Program-made: the position numbers and the translations under genes
Part shown: one piece after another, positions 1 through 14,014 of the stretch
Layout of the letters: every line of letters begins with the position of its first letter
How positions within the stretch are numbered: the stretch's first letter is position 1
The notes under the pieces: generated by a model
What the model was told of the DNA's origin: nothing
The model's database searches: none
What the model saw: only the letters and a program-made list of their open reading frames with translations
Assembly (NCBI GenBank): GCA_035084275.1
Contig: CM068749.1
Coordinates: forward strand, 13,702,001 to 13,766,000
Source of the DNA: Hydrolagus colliei
Lineage: Eukaryota
Direction of reading: 5' to 3'
DNA: 64,000 nucleotides

Positions 1-1149
1 TCTGCTGCTTCCCCACCATCACCACCACCTGTGGAGTTAGTATATTGATGCGTATCTGTCTCCTGCAGAGGCTAGACAGATGTTCCCTGAGAAAAAGTCA
101 AACACTGAAAAGTTGAAGCTTTTAATTGAGACCTTCAGCCCTTATTTGTAGTTAAAATTTGAAATGGATAGTCTTTAGTCTTCCAGATGTTAGATTTAAC
201 TATTTAGTCAGAAGGCAGGTTGCCTTTCTAAACTGCCAGCCCTAGCGTCCCTTCAGCAGAGGTATTTTAATCTTTGTTTGTGCAGTTAGCTAGTTAAATC
301 ATCAAATGGAATGACTCTTGCAGTGTCGTTCTGCAGTGGACACTGTACATCACAGCAGATTGAAGGAGGAGGTTAACCTCAGCAGGTAGTGCAGCTTGTG
401 GAGGTAATTGGAACATGAATAATTGCTTCTTCCACTGAGTCAGCTGAAGCAGCATCCACTGCCAACTATGGCAGTAAGAGAAAACCTCTACTAATAGGTA
501 GAATCATCTGATAAGTTGTTTGTTAATGGTGCTCAGGCGCCATTCACCTCTCTAGAGAGCTTTTAAAGAAGAGGCCCTATGAGCACTTGAAGTTGATTTG
601 TGTTTTTCCTCCAGTCGCAGTAAATAAGCAGAACTGGAGACAAGAATGAATGAGTTGTCCTTAGGATTACGAGGCACGCTTTGGATTCTTAAGGCAAGGT
701 GAGAGGGAGGAGAAATAAAGGACAGAAGCACCTGTACATCATTTTCATCGCACTGCAACCATGTACCTGTACATGGAAGCAGAGAATAGGTTTCAATGCA
801 ACCTATATCATTGCATTTTATGTATTTATCCCCAAAGAAGAAAGGTTTGATAAATGCTTCTTTCGGGAAGCTGAATTTTTGAAAATATGTAATATGCAGA
901 GGTGTTAAAGGCTGAATCTATAGCTGATGGTAACAAACATCTGACTCCATGTTCGTCAGAGGAAGTGATTAAACTGATACTAATGTGTGAAGGAATTTGA
1001 CTTTTGTCAATAAGGAAATGCATGAAAATATTATTATAATATGCTAATAAAATGAAATGCTAATAGTAAATGGAGGAACATAGATAGGATGGAATATTGA
1101 AGAGTGATATCAAATGGGATTTGAAGCCTTGAAGAAGAATGGGAGTCGA

Positions 1150-1218
1150 TTGGCTCATGTGGAGAAAAATGCACATCTGATGGGGTGAATGGCCTGTTCC
1201 TGTACTGTAATATTCTGA
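1150..1218 (+). mobile_element. CR1-type LINE 3' end remnant
   Basis: GATGGGGTGAATGGCCTGTTCCTGTACTGTAATATTCT resembles the CR1 3' terminal stem-loop and tail; related to other copies in this window. Confidence 0.5.
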
Positions 1219-2811
1219 ACCGAAAATGCACAATTAGAACAACCAGTGTGCTCCTTTCATGAGGAACTCTTGTGAATTCCAGATACATTTTCTGCCCTAA
1301 TACTCTACAACAGATGCATGGGATACATCTTTTTAAAAGAATAACATACTGTGGAGACTAATTTGCAGGTCGGGTTAACCATATGCTAAATGTATATAGG
1401 ATCTTTCATGATGTAACAAAACAATGAAAAGGATTCCAGGTGATTCTGTTTTCACTTTACGATTCATAGGGAATGCTGCGTGAAGGGCCAAGGTCCATAA
1501 ATGCAGGACATTAAGCCTGAAGGAAGGAGAGAAGGAAAAAATAAAGCATAATATTTTAGTTGGGCAAAACCAAGCTTGGGATTCATATATGTCTGTCATA
1601 TAAACTAACTCTTGCCTCTCCTCAGAAGTGGCTGACAGTCATTTTGATAATCCCCAAAGAGAAGTTTAAGTATTAAATTCAAATGCTGTCACAGGCCAAC
1701 TGTTACTTATTGGCAAGTGAGTAATGGGGCTAGTATGAATGTTTAGCTGCCTGACACAGAAAGACAAAATTAATTAAAATACTTTCCAAGTCCACTGTTT
1801 ATTGCTAAATGGGAGAAAAAGAGAGAAAAATAATTGTGACTTCAACTGCACACAGAAGCAGATTAAAATATTAGTTTAATGGCAATGGAGGAAGAGTAAA
1901 CTAGTTCTCCAGTCATGACGTTGTGCTACCTACCACATGATGCAATATCAATTAATCCAAAGGGATTTAACAAAACATCTCCTCTATAACATATAAGCAG
2001 TTGAACACTACCGGACTGAAAATTGTTGCCTATTCAATTGCCTATTCAATTCAAGTATCATTTTGATAAATTTTAAATTCTTTCCAAGTACTGTATCTTT
2101 TTCCTAACTTTCTATGGTCTGGGAATGGGAACGCATCTGCAAATAGCAGAGGGTTTCATGAATCATCTTCACAGCCCCTACCTTTTATACAGTTTTCGTG
2201 TAAGCATTTGTGCCTTGGAAAATTTTCAACATTTCAATTAATTGACTTCAGAGGTAGTTGGCAGTTTAAATCATTGCATCCCAGAGATTTGAATTTGACA
2301 TCAGCAAGCTGCAATAAGATGCCTGAATGCTCTGAACGGCAACTAGAGTCTGCAGTGATACATTTCAAGCAGCTAACCTATAGCTAGTATAAGTCTCTAG
2401 CCAAACTTGTCTAACTGGATGGAAAGCAGCCTAGCAGTGATAGGGATGAGCAAAAATAATTCATTCCCTTTTAACCTGGAATCTGTAATCTTCTGTATAA
2501 CTTTGGAAAAATAGTGTTCATTGGTACTGTATTTTGGTATAACATCAGGATTAATTTACAGCATATATGAGTACTAAGTGTGCAATAAATTTGACACATG
2601 CCAGGTTTCTAATTCAGTGCAACTCACCCTTAAAAACAGGGTGAGTTAAAAACTCACCCGTAAAAACAGACAATGCTTTGCTTGCAAGCTTCTTTTAAAG
2701 GGAAGTGAAAGTGTGAACGTTTTTGCTCAGTCCTAGCGGTGTTTTTTTTTTGGTGGAATCAAAAGTGCAAAGGAACAAAGTAATAGCCAATATTATAACA
2801 AAAGAACTGAC

Positions 2812-2979
2812 CTATGCAAACATTCTCATCGTCCAGCTCTGCGGAAGCATTTCTGTGGTAGCCGAGCCTGCATAACTGACAGTGATGGCCTCTAGTGTTG
2901 TGTTTACAGCTCACACAAATGACTGTGGTTAGTAGTTCGATGTAACTGCACCGTTTCGAGTGGCCGAAGCATTCGCAGT
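2812..2979 (-). CDS. NTNG1: NTNG1 laminin EGF-like 2 exon (168 nt, phase 1-1), [16 protein letters not shown]...DDENVCI
   Basis: Lies within ORF 2759..3100. Acceptor ttcttccttgcaag|AC, donor ATAG|gtcagt. Complete 8-Cys LE module typical of netrin-G. Confidence 0.95.
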
Positions 2980-5900
2980 CTTGCAAGGAAGAACAAAAAT
3001 GTATACAGAATGTATACAATTGCAAATTTAGAGCAGATTGCATGCGTTTACTAATAAAGTATGGAAAGGAAATGGCTGAATGGGAGGGAGGTACAAACAC
3101 ATTAGCAATGAATATAAAACATTAAGACTTGTGGCTTGACATATTTGCTTGCATTGGCATCAGGCAGATGACAATGGATGGATCTCAGTCGTGGAACAAT
3201 GGAACTGAATTAAACTGCATTGATTTCTTCATGCAGCTGGGAAGTATATATTTGAAAAGTAGATTTGCCTTTCAAGTAATTTCAGAATTTTCTGCTTTGA
3301 TTTACAGACAAGCTGACATTACACTCTACACCACATCTTGCCTCCCAAGACCTATATGTCAGTTAAAAGAAAACTGAAAGAATACACAATTGGGCAACAT
3401 ATCTGAATCATACTAATTCAGGTCCAGATCAAATTTAATTGACCAAACTCTTAGCAAAATCTTTATAAAGTAATAAATACATGCTATTGCATGTCACATA
3501 AACAACGATGGGTTTTGCTGGTATTTTCACCTGACATCACCGCCAATTTGAAATGAGCCTACTATTGTACTTGGCAACAGATATGTAAAGAGAAATACAG
3601 GTGAAACAACGCACTCTATAGGATAACGCATGTACTCCTCATTCATATTCAGGGTAACAGAATTTGTAATTGAATTAGTGCAAGCATGGCTGGGAATTTT
3701 GTTGGGGGCGATGCAGGTTTAACAACTGATTCCTTTTTATCTGATATTGTTTAAGGTGAAAGTTTGTGCCACTGATTATTCACCGTCTAATATTTTATAT
3801 AGAAAGACTTTGGCAGTCAGAATAGAGACTATTACTGTGCATTCATTCTTATGTACACAGCACCTTAGCTCTTCCCTATAAACAAAATGTATTGCTAAAG
3901 TTACACATCAAAATGGAAAATATTACATTTGCTATTCTCTGCAAGGTACCTGATCAACTATTCATCCTGTTTAACCTCGTGACTCACTGACTGAAGTGGT
4001 TTTTGCCTCCAAATAGTTCAAACAGGTAATTTATAAGTGAAAAAATCAGATTGATATTACAATTACAAATAAGAGGATTCTGAATATTCCTAAAGTAGAT
4101 ACATTATAATTTAAAACAGGATGATGAAGGCACAATAATTTCTCAGTAAATAACTATGTAATTTCACATTAAATATCTTAAGAAATTACAAGAAGATCCA
4201 ACATTTTCATTATTTTTCCAGTTTCCAAACTGATTTGACTTGCATCAACTATTTTTATATTTTAGGAGGACTGAAAAAAATATTTTCTGCAAAGAAAGGC
4301 TATTATTTACATCCAAAATGTTCTCAAGAAGCTCATTTGAATTTAAGAGGCTTAACATCTCATCTAAAAAAAAGGCACATTAAATTGGCAAGAATTACAA
4401 CTTAAATGTATTCATTCTATTTGAAAGGGCAACACATATTTCTTAAGTTTGTACCTGAAACATTAATCTTTATTCATAAAAGAAACTGATCATCCACTCT
4501 CACCTCGCAGACTCCAAAATGTTCAGTATTTTAATACTTTGGATTTTGCTTTGATATGAATAATGCATGACCCAATCCTGCTTCACAATATAATTTAGCA
4601 TTACATTGTTTGAATAAAAATTAAGTATTTTCTTAACCAGTGCAAAACTTTAATGTATACTTAATTCATTAAAGCATTTAAGAGTCCAATTTAAAAAAAA
4701 TCCTCATGCTAACAGTAGTTTCTCCACCTAAATCAAAAACATGGTTTAATGTTACACATATGGTACATGTTTGGAAACTACCCCAATAACTAAGAATGCA
4801 GCACTGAACCAAACTGAGCAAGAAGAGTTTAACCTCTTGACACCCAAGCCCCTGTAGAGTTAATCTGGGGGCACCAAAATTGATCACCCTCTACCTATAG
4901 ATGGCGAAACACTGAAGAGAGAGTTTCTGATTCTGATCACTGCTCATTGGCTGCAACTTACACTCCTCACCTCCACCATCAAGAGGCTGTGTGGAAATTG
5001 TGGATTGGTTTGATTCATTCGCTCCACAGTTAAACAGTCTACTGGTACTCACTCCCCAGGTTCCAACTTGAAAAATGGTTTGCATTGAAAAAGTGAAGGG
5101 GGGCTACTGGTACCCAGGAAACTAACTCCCCCAGAATGACTTGGTGTGATGAGTGGAGAAATGGGAGGTGAAGTCTAAAAAACTATCTTTGGGATGCTTT
5201 GAATTTTCAGTAAATTCCTGATAAATCGACTCTGGCTTAACTTGGCATGATCATTTAAGTCACTCTGTTGCCAACATCCCTGCTGTTTCTGATGCAAAAT
5301 GTTAATGTTTACTTTGACTAGAGAGATGTTTTTAACATAGACAGTGCACGCTAAAGCTGTAAAAACAACACAAATTAGTTTTATTAAAAACATGCCTTTT
5401 GTATCTAAGACAATGCAAACTAGACTATAGGAGTGGGAATGAGTAATAGAGAAGCTGTTACAATAATTTCCCTTTATTGTCAAAGGTTATAAGGATTAAT
5501 ATGACATTCACAAAACCAGCAGACTCTACATCAATATAGCGTCTAATCTTTAGAAAAACTGAGGCATGATAACGTTCCTTACATTTAAAAAAATGAATCA
5601 TGACTTTTTTTTAAAGAGCGCTGGGAATAGCCAGAAAATAATTTTGTGCATTTGTACTATACTATTTATTCAATTAAAACTAGGCTGAATAGTAAGCAAT
5701 TTCTGAACTAGAAAAAAAATCACCAAGCAGCTGATCATAATAATCATTTATATTTGTCTTTTATTTGTCAGACAACAGGCTGTGAAAATAATTTCTAGTG
5801 GTACTTACTATCTTTGTATAATCTGTGTTTCATAGCATCTCTTCATTTATTAAGGGTGATCAATAATACAAGCTTCCTACTATATTAACTGTGCTCCACC

Positions 5901-6879
5901 GATTTTAGGGTGCTGGTTATTATGCATTGTCACTACATATGCATTAGTTCATGCTGTTGGAAATATGATAGAATTCCTCATAAAAATAATCTACACTGTA
6001 CCACGCTGAACAGAATTTTAATTATGAACCTTTGGCTTGTGCATGTAGCCTATCTGACAGTGCTTTAGGTTGTCTGAATACAAAGAGTTATCCTTTCATG
6101 CTGCACTTTCGCTTAATACATTGGCATCCATAATTTACTCTGATGGCAGAATTTCATAGTGAAGCTGTTCAGAGATACCACCTGAAAAATATGCTACAGT
6201 GAATGAAAACCTGTGCAGAACTTTGCAGTCACCTTTACAACGAAATACACTGGCCAATTTGGTTCTGCTGTAGAGGTATCCTCAAATGCCAAGTAATATT
6301 TTCAATGTGCCAAAAAATACTATCCTTACAAATATTCACTGTATGCTAAATCTGTGTGCAAACACCATATGGAACCCCTGTGAATCCTCTTGAACAGATA
6401 AAAGTTTCACTTTTGATAGCAAAATAAGTTCTTTTAATTGATACTACACCTGAGCTGACTAAATTTTATGTGCACGGAAAAACCCCATTTCTGAAACATC
6501 ACTTGGGATCATGAGTACCAGGATTATTTTAAATGGATTGATATATATTGCTTCTAGTCCAAGATCAGATTAAATAGAATATGGTATTAATTTAGTCAAA
6601 TGAACTGTAAACTCCAGGCTTGCTGTTCACGTGAACAAGTGATTGTTGTGGTGAAAAACTATACCAACCTTCATTCAATAGACCCCATATTGTAAATTAA
6701 AGCTGTGTCAAATTCTGTAACCCATCAGTCAGATAAAGCTGATTATCACATTAGTATGTCATAAAATGTACTGGTAATTTTAATCTAGTTGCCTATCATG
6801 CTTGCAAATTCATTTGTCAATAATAAAGAACAACTAAATTCAGGGAAAATAGGAAACATGTTTTGGGCCCTATAAAATA

Positions 6880-7053
6880 ATAATTTGGTCACTCAATTTA
6901 TGACTGTTTGTGGGACACTGCTGTGCGCAACTGGCGGCCGTGTTTCGTCCACGTAGATACAGCCAATCCACTTTACAGTATATTCTGTGAATTGCTTTGA
7001 GATGTCTATAAGATGTGAAAAGCACTATATCAAATGCAAGTATTATTATTATT
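6880..7053 (+). mobile_element. SINE, 3' half, with L2-like tail and (TAT)n end
   Basis: Shares GACTGTTTGTGGGACACTGCTGTG..CACTTTACAGTATATTCTGTGAA..AAATGCAAG(TAT)n with copies at 15328, 22744, 55938 and 57110. Confidence 0.8.
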
Positions 7054-7363
7054 ACATTTTGCTTTTATCGTTTTTAGAGCCCTCTTCTTATTCACAATTA
7101 TGTGAAACTCAAAACTTACTTTTTTTTCTCTCCACAGAGTTTATATCCCAAGCCATATGACGAGGGGTTCTGAATATATTTTTAAAATCATAATATGTAT
7201 TTGATCAATGATACAAGTTTTACTTTTGCTACAATTTCCATACTTACTTATTTTCATATATATATATTTAAAAATATGATGCAGTGTTCAGCCACACTGC
7301 CAAAAGTCAATGATGAAGAGTGCAATCAAAGAAGTGTTTTTTTTAAATTAAAAAGATGATTAA

Positions 7364-7508
7364 GGGATAAAGGGATTAAGGGATATGGGCATAAAGCGGG
7401 TAGGTGGAGTTAGAATAGATCAGCCATGATCTTATTGAATGGCGGGGCAGGCTCGAGGGGCCAAATGGCCTACTCCTGCTCCTAATTCTTACATTCTTGT
7501 GATTCTTG
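7364..7508 (+). mobile_element. CR1 LINE 3' end
   Basis: AAGGGATATGGG..GATCAGCCATGATCTTATTGAATGGCGGGGCAGGCTCGAGGGGCCAAATGGCCTACTCCTGCTCCTAATTCTT with an ATTCTT-type tandem tail. Confidence 0.8.
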
Positions 7509-8711
7509 GCATAACTATTATCAGTCACTGCAAAGAGAAATTGCTCAGTCAGAGCAAATTTGAAAGAGAAATTGGATGTTTTGAAGAATACTCTAAATAC
7601 AAAAAAATGGACGATTCCTGTTAAACAGAATGAATGCAATGTGAATGGAGTAATTATGACCCAGTTTTACTACTATGGTATCATTATCTCTATTTAACAA
7701 TAATTCTATATCCTTTCTCTGCTGACAGTTGTCTGCATAACCAATGCATAACTATAGAAGAATGTATTGTAATGTAAGATCAAATATTTCCTCAACAATA
7801 ATGCAGATGCCGAGGGAACACAATGAAGTGGCCATTTTATTTTTATGTAAGCCCAACTATCTAAAGGCTGATACCGTTATTTTATTTCGGAAGAATAAAA
7901 TAAAATGTGTTAAAATTCTGTAGATTGGGATCTATCTTGTGCTGATCACTAAAAATAACAAATAATAAACCAGAAATTAAAGAATTTTTTTAAATAAAAG
8001 ATCTAGCAATCAGATATAGCTGTGATATTATGTGATTTCTGTGATTTATATTATGAGAATGAACAATGTAATTTGCAGGGTGAAACGTTGTCAAAAATAA
8101 GGTCAGTCTAGGGGTACCATATCTATGACATATCATATCCTTTAAAATGCTTTACAATGCTTTTATCAAAGTATACCAAATATATATTTATAATACACAG
8201 TATTTTACTAAACCACTCTTGTTAAGGAATTGGGTTAAAAGCTAAAATAATAGGACTTGGAAACAAAACTACTGTTTACACTAAATGCCTCTATTTCTTG
8301 CCAAATGATTAAAGATTTATGTTGCACTCTAATCACATGGACAAGGCTAATCTAAATATGAGACGAAAGTGCTGTGTTGGTGATTGTGCACTCATACTTC
8401 ACATCTGTATCGGGCATAGTTTAACAAACTGAAATGCTGAAAAAGTCTTATTATTAAACTAATCCACAACTAATTCTCTAAATTTGTTCCTCTAAATTTG
8501 TTTGACCAATAACAAGATCCAGTGTAATCGTGAGTTATACTAACACATGCTAACACATGTCATCATACTATTTGTTAAGTCACCATGCCTCAGTTTGTAG
8601 CCACACACTAACAAATCACAGGTTATTCGATTCATACAGTTCTAAGGTCTCACACTACAGAAAAGCAACACAGGAAAGAACTGTATTAATCTCACACACA
8701 AGGATTCCTAC

Positions 8712-8777
8712 CTGGATTCTTGTTTAAAACTTCAAGAGAAGAAAATGTTGGCCTCATATTATCCAATTTTGGAGTAG
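8712..8777 (-). CDS. NTNG1: NTNG1 second 66-nt cassette exon (phase 1-1), (A)TPKLDNMRPTFSSLEVLNKNP; tandem CAGCAG acceptor allows a 69-nt form ending at 8780
   Basis: tgtgcagcag|CTACTCC...AATCCAG|gtagga, open in frame. 40/66 nt and 9/22 aa identical to exon 14015-14080. Resembles the recalled human exon VAPKLALSTVSSVQVANHKR. Confidence 0.85.
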
Positions 8778-11700
8778 CTGCTGCACAGGTTTAAAAAATT
8801 AAGAAGGAAAGCATAATTTCCAGGTCTGTTTGCGTTTTTCTCTTTGAACTCAACATTGTTTGGTAAAAATAGAATGTTGGTACAATATATAGAATCTTAT
8901 GAAATTAATCTCTAATGCAAGGTGGGTAGCCTTTCGAAACGCCAATTTAAGTAACTTGTTTTTCCATTTACTTAACCATGGGAATGGCAGTAGAAAATTA
9001 CACATAATAGAAATATGGTAGAAACCTACATTCATGTGGTATTCACCAGAACAAAAGATCCAGTGTTATTTCAGTAGAAGAAAATGTAAAAGCACTCTCC
9101 CATACTGCTCAATGTTAAAATCTGTAGAATTAGTCTTCGTTGAGGTTCTCCAGAGAGCCATGTTTCCAAGTTTCACAAATTATTTTCACTCTCTCCCCAC
9201 ACTAACCACCCACACGCATACAAACTCTTTGCTCCTAAAGCATTGGTTCATGGTGGAGTATAGTTCTACTGATTGTCTCCTGTACCCTGTCCCATTGCAC
9301 TGTCTATGAGTGTAGATCCAGATAATGTGTGTCATCAGATTAAGTTCATATCTCAGCCCTGTCCTGACCTTGGAATTTATCCACACCTTCATACAGCGGT
9401 TGGTGAATAGCTATCAGGAACGAGAACCCAGATAATTTTTTCCCCTCCCCATCCATAACAAAAGAGTGTCGAGGTCAAGTCTGCCAGATATGTAACCTGG
9501 TATCTTTTGAATCTGTAACACACCTGACCCCAACCCTGCTTTACATTCAACAAAATAAGTAGTGCACCTTTTGTTCGCCATGACAGTGTCTACACTCCTC
9601 CTCCCATTCCCTCAAGGCAGTGTTAACACTGAGCAAACAACACTGGCCTGCAGAATCTCATCTAAGAACAGTCTATTTAACTAATGCGTCAGCCCCTGCT
9701 TCACTTCATCACAAGCTCAAACGAACGACCGCAGAACACTCCCCAACCATTTCAAGTAATTAGTACATATCGCTCGTATTAAATGAAGACAAAGATACAG
9801 TACAATCGTACATTTGCTGCAAGGGAGGACTGAACTACAAGTTAAATATACATGAGTAACCAACACAAGACATCCTAAAACTGACTGTGATGTGATGTTA
9901 ATTATTTCCTCTTGACTTCAGCTTTTGTGCCCACACAGATGCTGAAGTCTTATTAAAATATCTTACTTAATTTGCTTGATTCAATTTCATGTTCAATTTA
10001 ACAGTACTTTCTCCCCTTTCCATATTTTCTGGTACATCAAAAAGATTACTCCAAGATGATATATTCTAATCTATTCCTGTGTCTGGACAGAAAAGCGAAT
10101 AGAGAACCCTCATCAGCCTGGAAAGAGTTATACCTGTCCTTATTTAAAATTCTTTATTTGAGAAGACCAGGAATAATATTGCTCGACAGCAGTAAAATTA
10201 TTTTACTTATAAACTCACAACATTAGAACAAATGAAACATGTCAATTGTCATGTCTACTGGCGCCAATTCAGATTCCAGTCTTCCAGTGAAGACTGACAT
10301 TTGAAGAGATACTTCTTATCGTGTTGAAGAAAATGACGTATTTCCATGTCTGAGCCCTACGGGCAGTAGCTATTATTGCAAATATAAATTGAAAGATCAT
10401 TGATAGTTAATCAGATTTTAACTCATAAAAATCATCATTCTGCATGGTTATAAATACAAACTTATGTAAGCAGATCTCCGTAGATTTGACACCAGAGTTT
10501 CTGAATCTGGGCATCTCCAGAGTATTGATATTAGCTGCTGTGCTTTACAGTTTGCACATTTATCAGACTCAAAATGGTACTGATGGAATTGATTGCTGTT
10601 TAAAAGAATATTCAAATTACATTACCGGTACTCCATCAGTGCATAACTCTATCAAGTATTATGAAGCTTAATTTTGAGCTAAATCATTGGATAATGGTTG
10701 CTTCTGAAACACACAATCGAGTTTATTGCAATTAATATTTTCAAATTCAAACTGAATTAATCTTGCGTACAGCTTTGTTTTGGTAACATTTTGCAAATGA
10801 CTTCCAGTTGACAGAAAGTGCCACCACTTACTACTCAATGAAAGAGCAAAATGAATAACAAATTCTGTTGGGGAATCAGGTGCCACAAGGCATTAGAGCA
10901 CTGGGGTTTCACTTGGTTTGAATCCATCCCATGGCTTCAGTTTCTCCTGTAACTTGTCTTCATGAAATGGATTTGTTTCAGTGGGTTTGGGCCAACAGAA
11001 AAAAATGCACTATGATTTGGCACAAATTTTGTATGAAGCTGTTTCACCAACAAAAGCCACAAAGATAATTACTAGGAGAGTTGGCAATGGTGTTGTACGG
11101 GCTCTCATCCAGAATTAGGGTTAACATGTGCTATTAAACAGGAATAGAATCCGATTCACATCTCTTTCTGGTACCTCTTGAAGTTGACATTAGGTGGAAA
11201 AAGTAGAAGAAACTTTTTGTCACAAAGCACCCACATCACTCACTTCATTCACAAAAGTATTCGAACCAATGGTTTAAATAAAGTAAATTGTGGGTTCATT
11301 CTCTTTGTCCTCTGTAACATCATGGCATTTTGTTGGTCTTCGGTGAGATCATGATGGGAACAAACCTCAAAAGTTGCAAGTGTTAAAGCCAGATTTCCTT
11401 ATTAATCAAAGAATGCAAGGAGTGCAAGAGATAATTCTGAGCATTCAATATCAATCCAATTTTTAAACCTGGTAGTCTCGTCCTTACATGTTCACAAGAA
11501 GATTCCATTCTACACAAGCAAAATAAAGATTGAAGATGACTACTGTTACCAACCGGTGCGTGACAGATCTCCGTGCTATAATCTGAAGTTCAGTTCCCTT
11601 CCAGGTAGAAATCAAAATACAGAGTAAATTATTTGTCTGCTGAAGTAGGGTTGTGGGAGGAAACATTAGATCATCAGAAGGTTCAAGGCTTTTCCCTTGC

Positions 11701-12570
11701 CTTCTCTACACAAATCCTCTGGGCCCATTTGCTCTTAGCTATGATTGTGGTTTATTTCATAGAACATCTGCTCTCAGTAGCTTTAACTCCAGCTGCACCC
11801 CATTCCTATGCCAAATACTGTATACACCATTTTGTCTTATGCATTGATCTGCGTTTATCAACATAGTCAAAGTTATTGTGTTGTTGATTTACGTTTATTC
11901 TAAACATTTATTTTTGTCAGCTGGATATCTGAAACACGTTGAAGAATAGTGGCCCTATCCTTAATAGGTCTTTCAAATATAGTTGTAGACATTATCCTGA
12001 TAAATAGTCATATACCCAACACTTTGCATTGACATCAGGAATTCATGATATGACGTGTTATTCTTTTAAGATAAAGGGACAGAAGTATTTTAATCTTTGT
12101 TTCTATTCATATTTTTTCTGAACTCTCATACATCTAAGCAACATGAAAAGTCTGTGCACTAAGGATCTTCACACTGTAGAAACAGGCTGGGACGAATCAA
12201 GCTGGTTACACAAATCACTAACCTTTGAGAGACACATCCTCCAAATCTGTGACACCCATCTGTCAACAGACAGTCTTCACGGCAATAATGAAAAAAGCTT
12301 TGACCTCTCAATAAGGAATCAGGGATAATTGGAGGAACGAGTGGATAAAAATAAAATACAAAATGATGGAAGACTTTTTTGATATTGTACAGAATGACAT
12401 CTACTGTACAGGACCAAAATGGGACACTCAGCCCAATAAGTCCATGCCACTGTTTGTCCTCCACATGAATCTCCCACCTCCTAATTCTGTCTCCCTATCC
12501 ATCTCTATTCCTTTCTCCACGCACACTGCCAAATTTGGTAAATTTACTGAGCAGCAAGGAATATGATATA

Positions 12571-12773
12571 CAGTAAAAGCCTGTTTATCCGGCACCCTTG
12601 GGATCTGGCCAATGCCGGTTAAAGCGCATGCCGGATTTTCGGCCGAAAACACCCCCCCAAAAAAATGCATTTTTCCGGATAAATTCCGGTTAATCGAATG
12701 CGGACTTTTTTTTAAAGTGCCGGATTTACAAAAGTTACAGTTGATCGGGTGCCGGATAAATGGGCTTTTACTG
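12571..12773. mobile_element. Tc1/mariner (Tigger/pogo-like) MITE, 203 bp
   Basis: About 27-bp terminal inverted repeats CAGTAAAAGCCTGTTTATCCGGCACCC / GGGTGCCGGATAAATGGGCTTTTACTG, TA on both sides, internal CCGGAT/CCGGTT repeats. Confidence 0.9.
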
Positions 12774-14014
12774 TACTTGCTCACCTAGGTCTGTAAAGTT
12801 ACTACTGAGAGGAAGTACGGGTGTTTTTGACAACAAAAGTGGCTCCAAAAAATAATTTAAAGTGAAAAAAAAGTATTACATATATTGGGAAGGCGCCCAG
12901 ACCTACCTGTATTGAAGACAGCCACTCCTTCCTGGTATTTCCACATAAAATGGTGGAAGTATCAAGTCACATATACCCGCAAATAAAATGGCAATGCAAA
13001 ACACCGCTCAACTAATAAAATATTACTTCTGCACTCTTGTGCAATGTGAGCTTTTATTACGCCAAACTCATGCCAATACTATAAACCTGAATGAAACGGG
13101 TTCCAGTGCATGTTTAAAGTACATTTTTTAGAAAGCATGCAGTAGAATACAACAGATGCACTAGAGAAACACAAGTGAATTAAATAAATTATATTTTGTA
13201 GATTTTATTTATCGAAAGCATTCCACCAGTTTGTTTTGATGAACTAAAGGTCTAAAGAATTACAATGCCCACATTAGAACAGTAATCCCTCTATTGCCCA
13301 TGAATTTTTATGACGCCGGATTGAATTACAGTACGGTACCATATGTTTTCAGGTGTCCTGAAACCTGCAGGTATTAAATACGAGGAATCGCTCTTTACAC
13401 AGAAGCTGTTGGTAAGTTCCTAACTGCATAAGTTCAATAACTCATTTATGGTGCAATTAGGATATAAATCTAGAAAAAACAGCTAATTTTCCACTGATGC
13501 TTTTCCATTACCATGAATACAGTTTTGTGCTATAGCAGACCTGTGTGAAATAACGGTTCTACATTATTTTTTTCCTATTACATGCACTACATGATTAAAT
13601 GCAAAATAAATACTTGTAAATAAATGATATTCCTTAACCTTCCTGGGAAATAAATCAATAAGTATTTCAAATTTACACACAATACCTGAATTCGAAAATA
13701 GAGAGTAGTCTTCCCCAGTTCAGTTCTGGTTCTTAACTATCTATACAAAATAATTCTAGTGATTCTTTTTCATATAATTATAATATTTCACACCAGATGT
13801 GATAGATATTTTGGAAGATACTCTTTCATACCAAAAACTTAGGTTGTAGGATACAGGAAATATCAATGCATATTTGTGTATAGTTTTCTGAAAGTAATAT
13901 TCTGCAACCTATCTGAGAAGGCAAGCACTTTCAAAGCACAGCTATTGAACATCCCCACAAGAAATATTGTATTTCTTATGGTCTAGACCGGTAGTATTGT
14001 TTCAGAAATCCTAC

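Noticed and set aside
552-767. ORF with QCDENDV as a possible next LE exon
   Set aside because: Lacks the LE cysteine pattern; the LE3 and GPI-signal exons must lie outside the window.
7493-7527. Strong acceptor plus gtaaga donor encoding VTDNSYAKNHKN
   Set aside because: 35 nt (frameshift); the donor and the NHK resemblance come from the CR1 tail repeat.
13353-13411. Plus-strand exon-like segment tttcag|...TTG|gtaagt (antisense transcript?)
   Set aside because: Isolated pair of splice-like sites with no partner exons or recognisable product; expected by chance in 64 kb.
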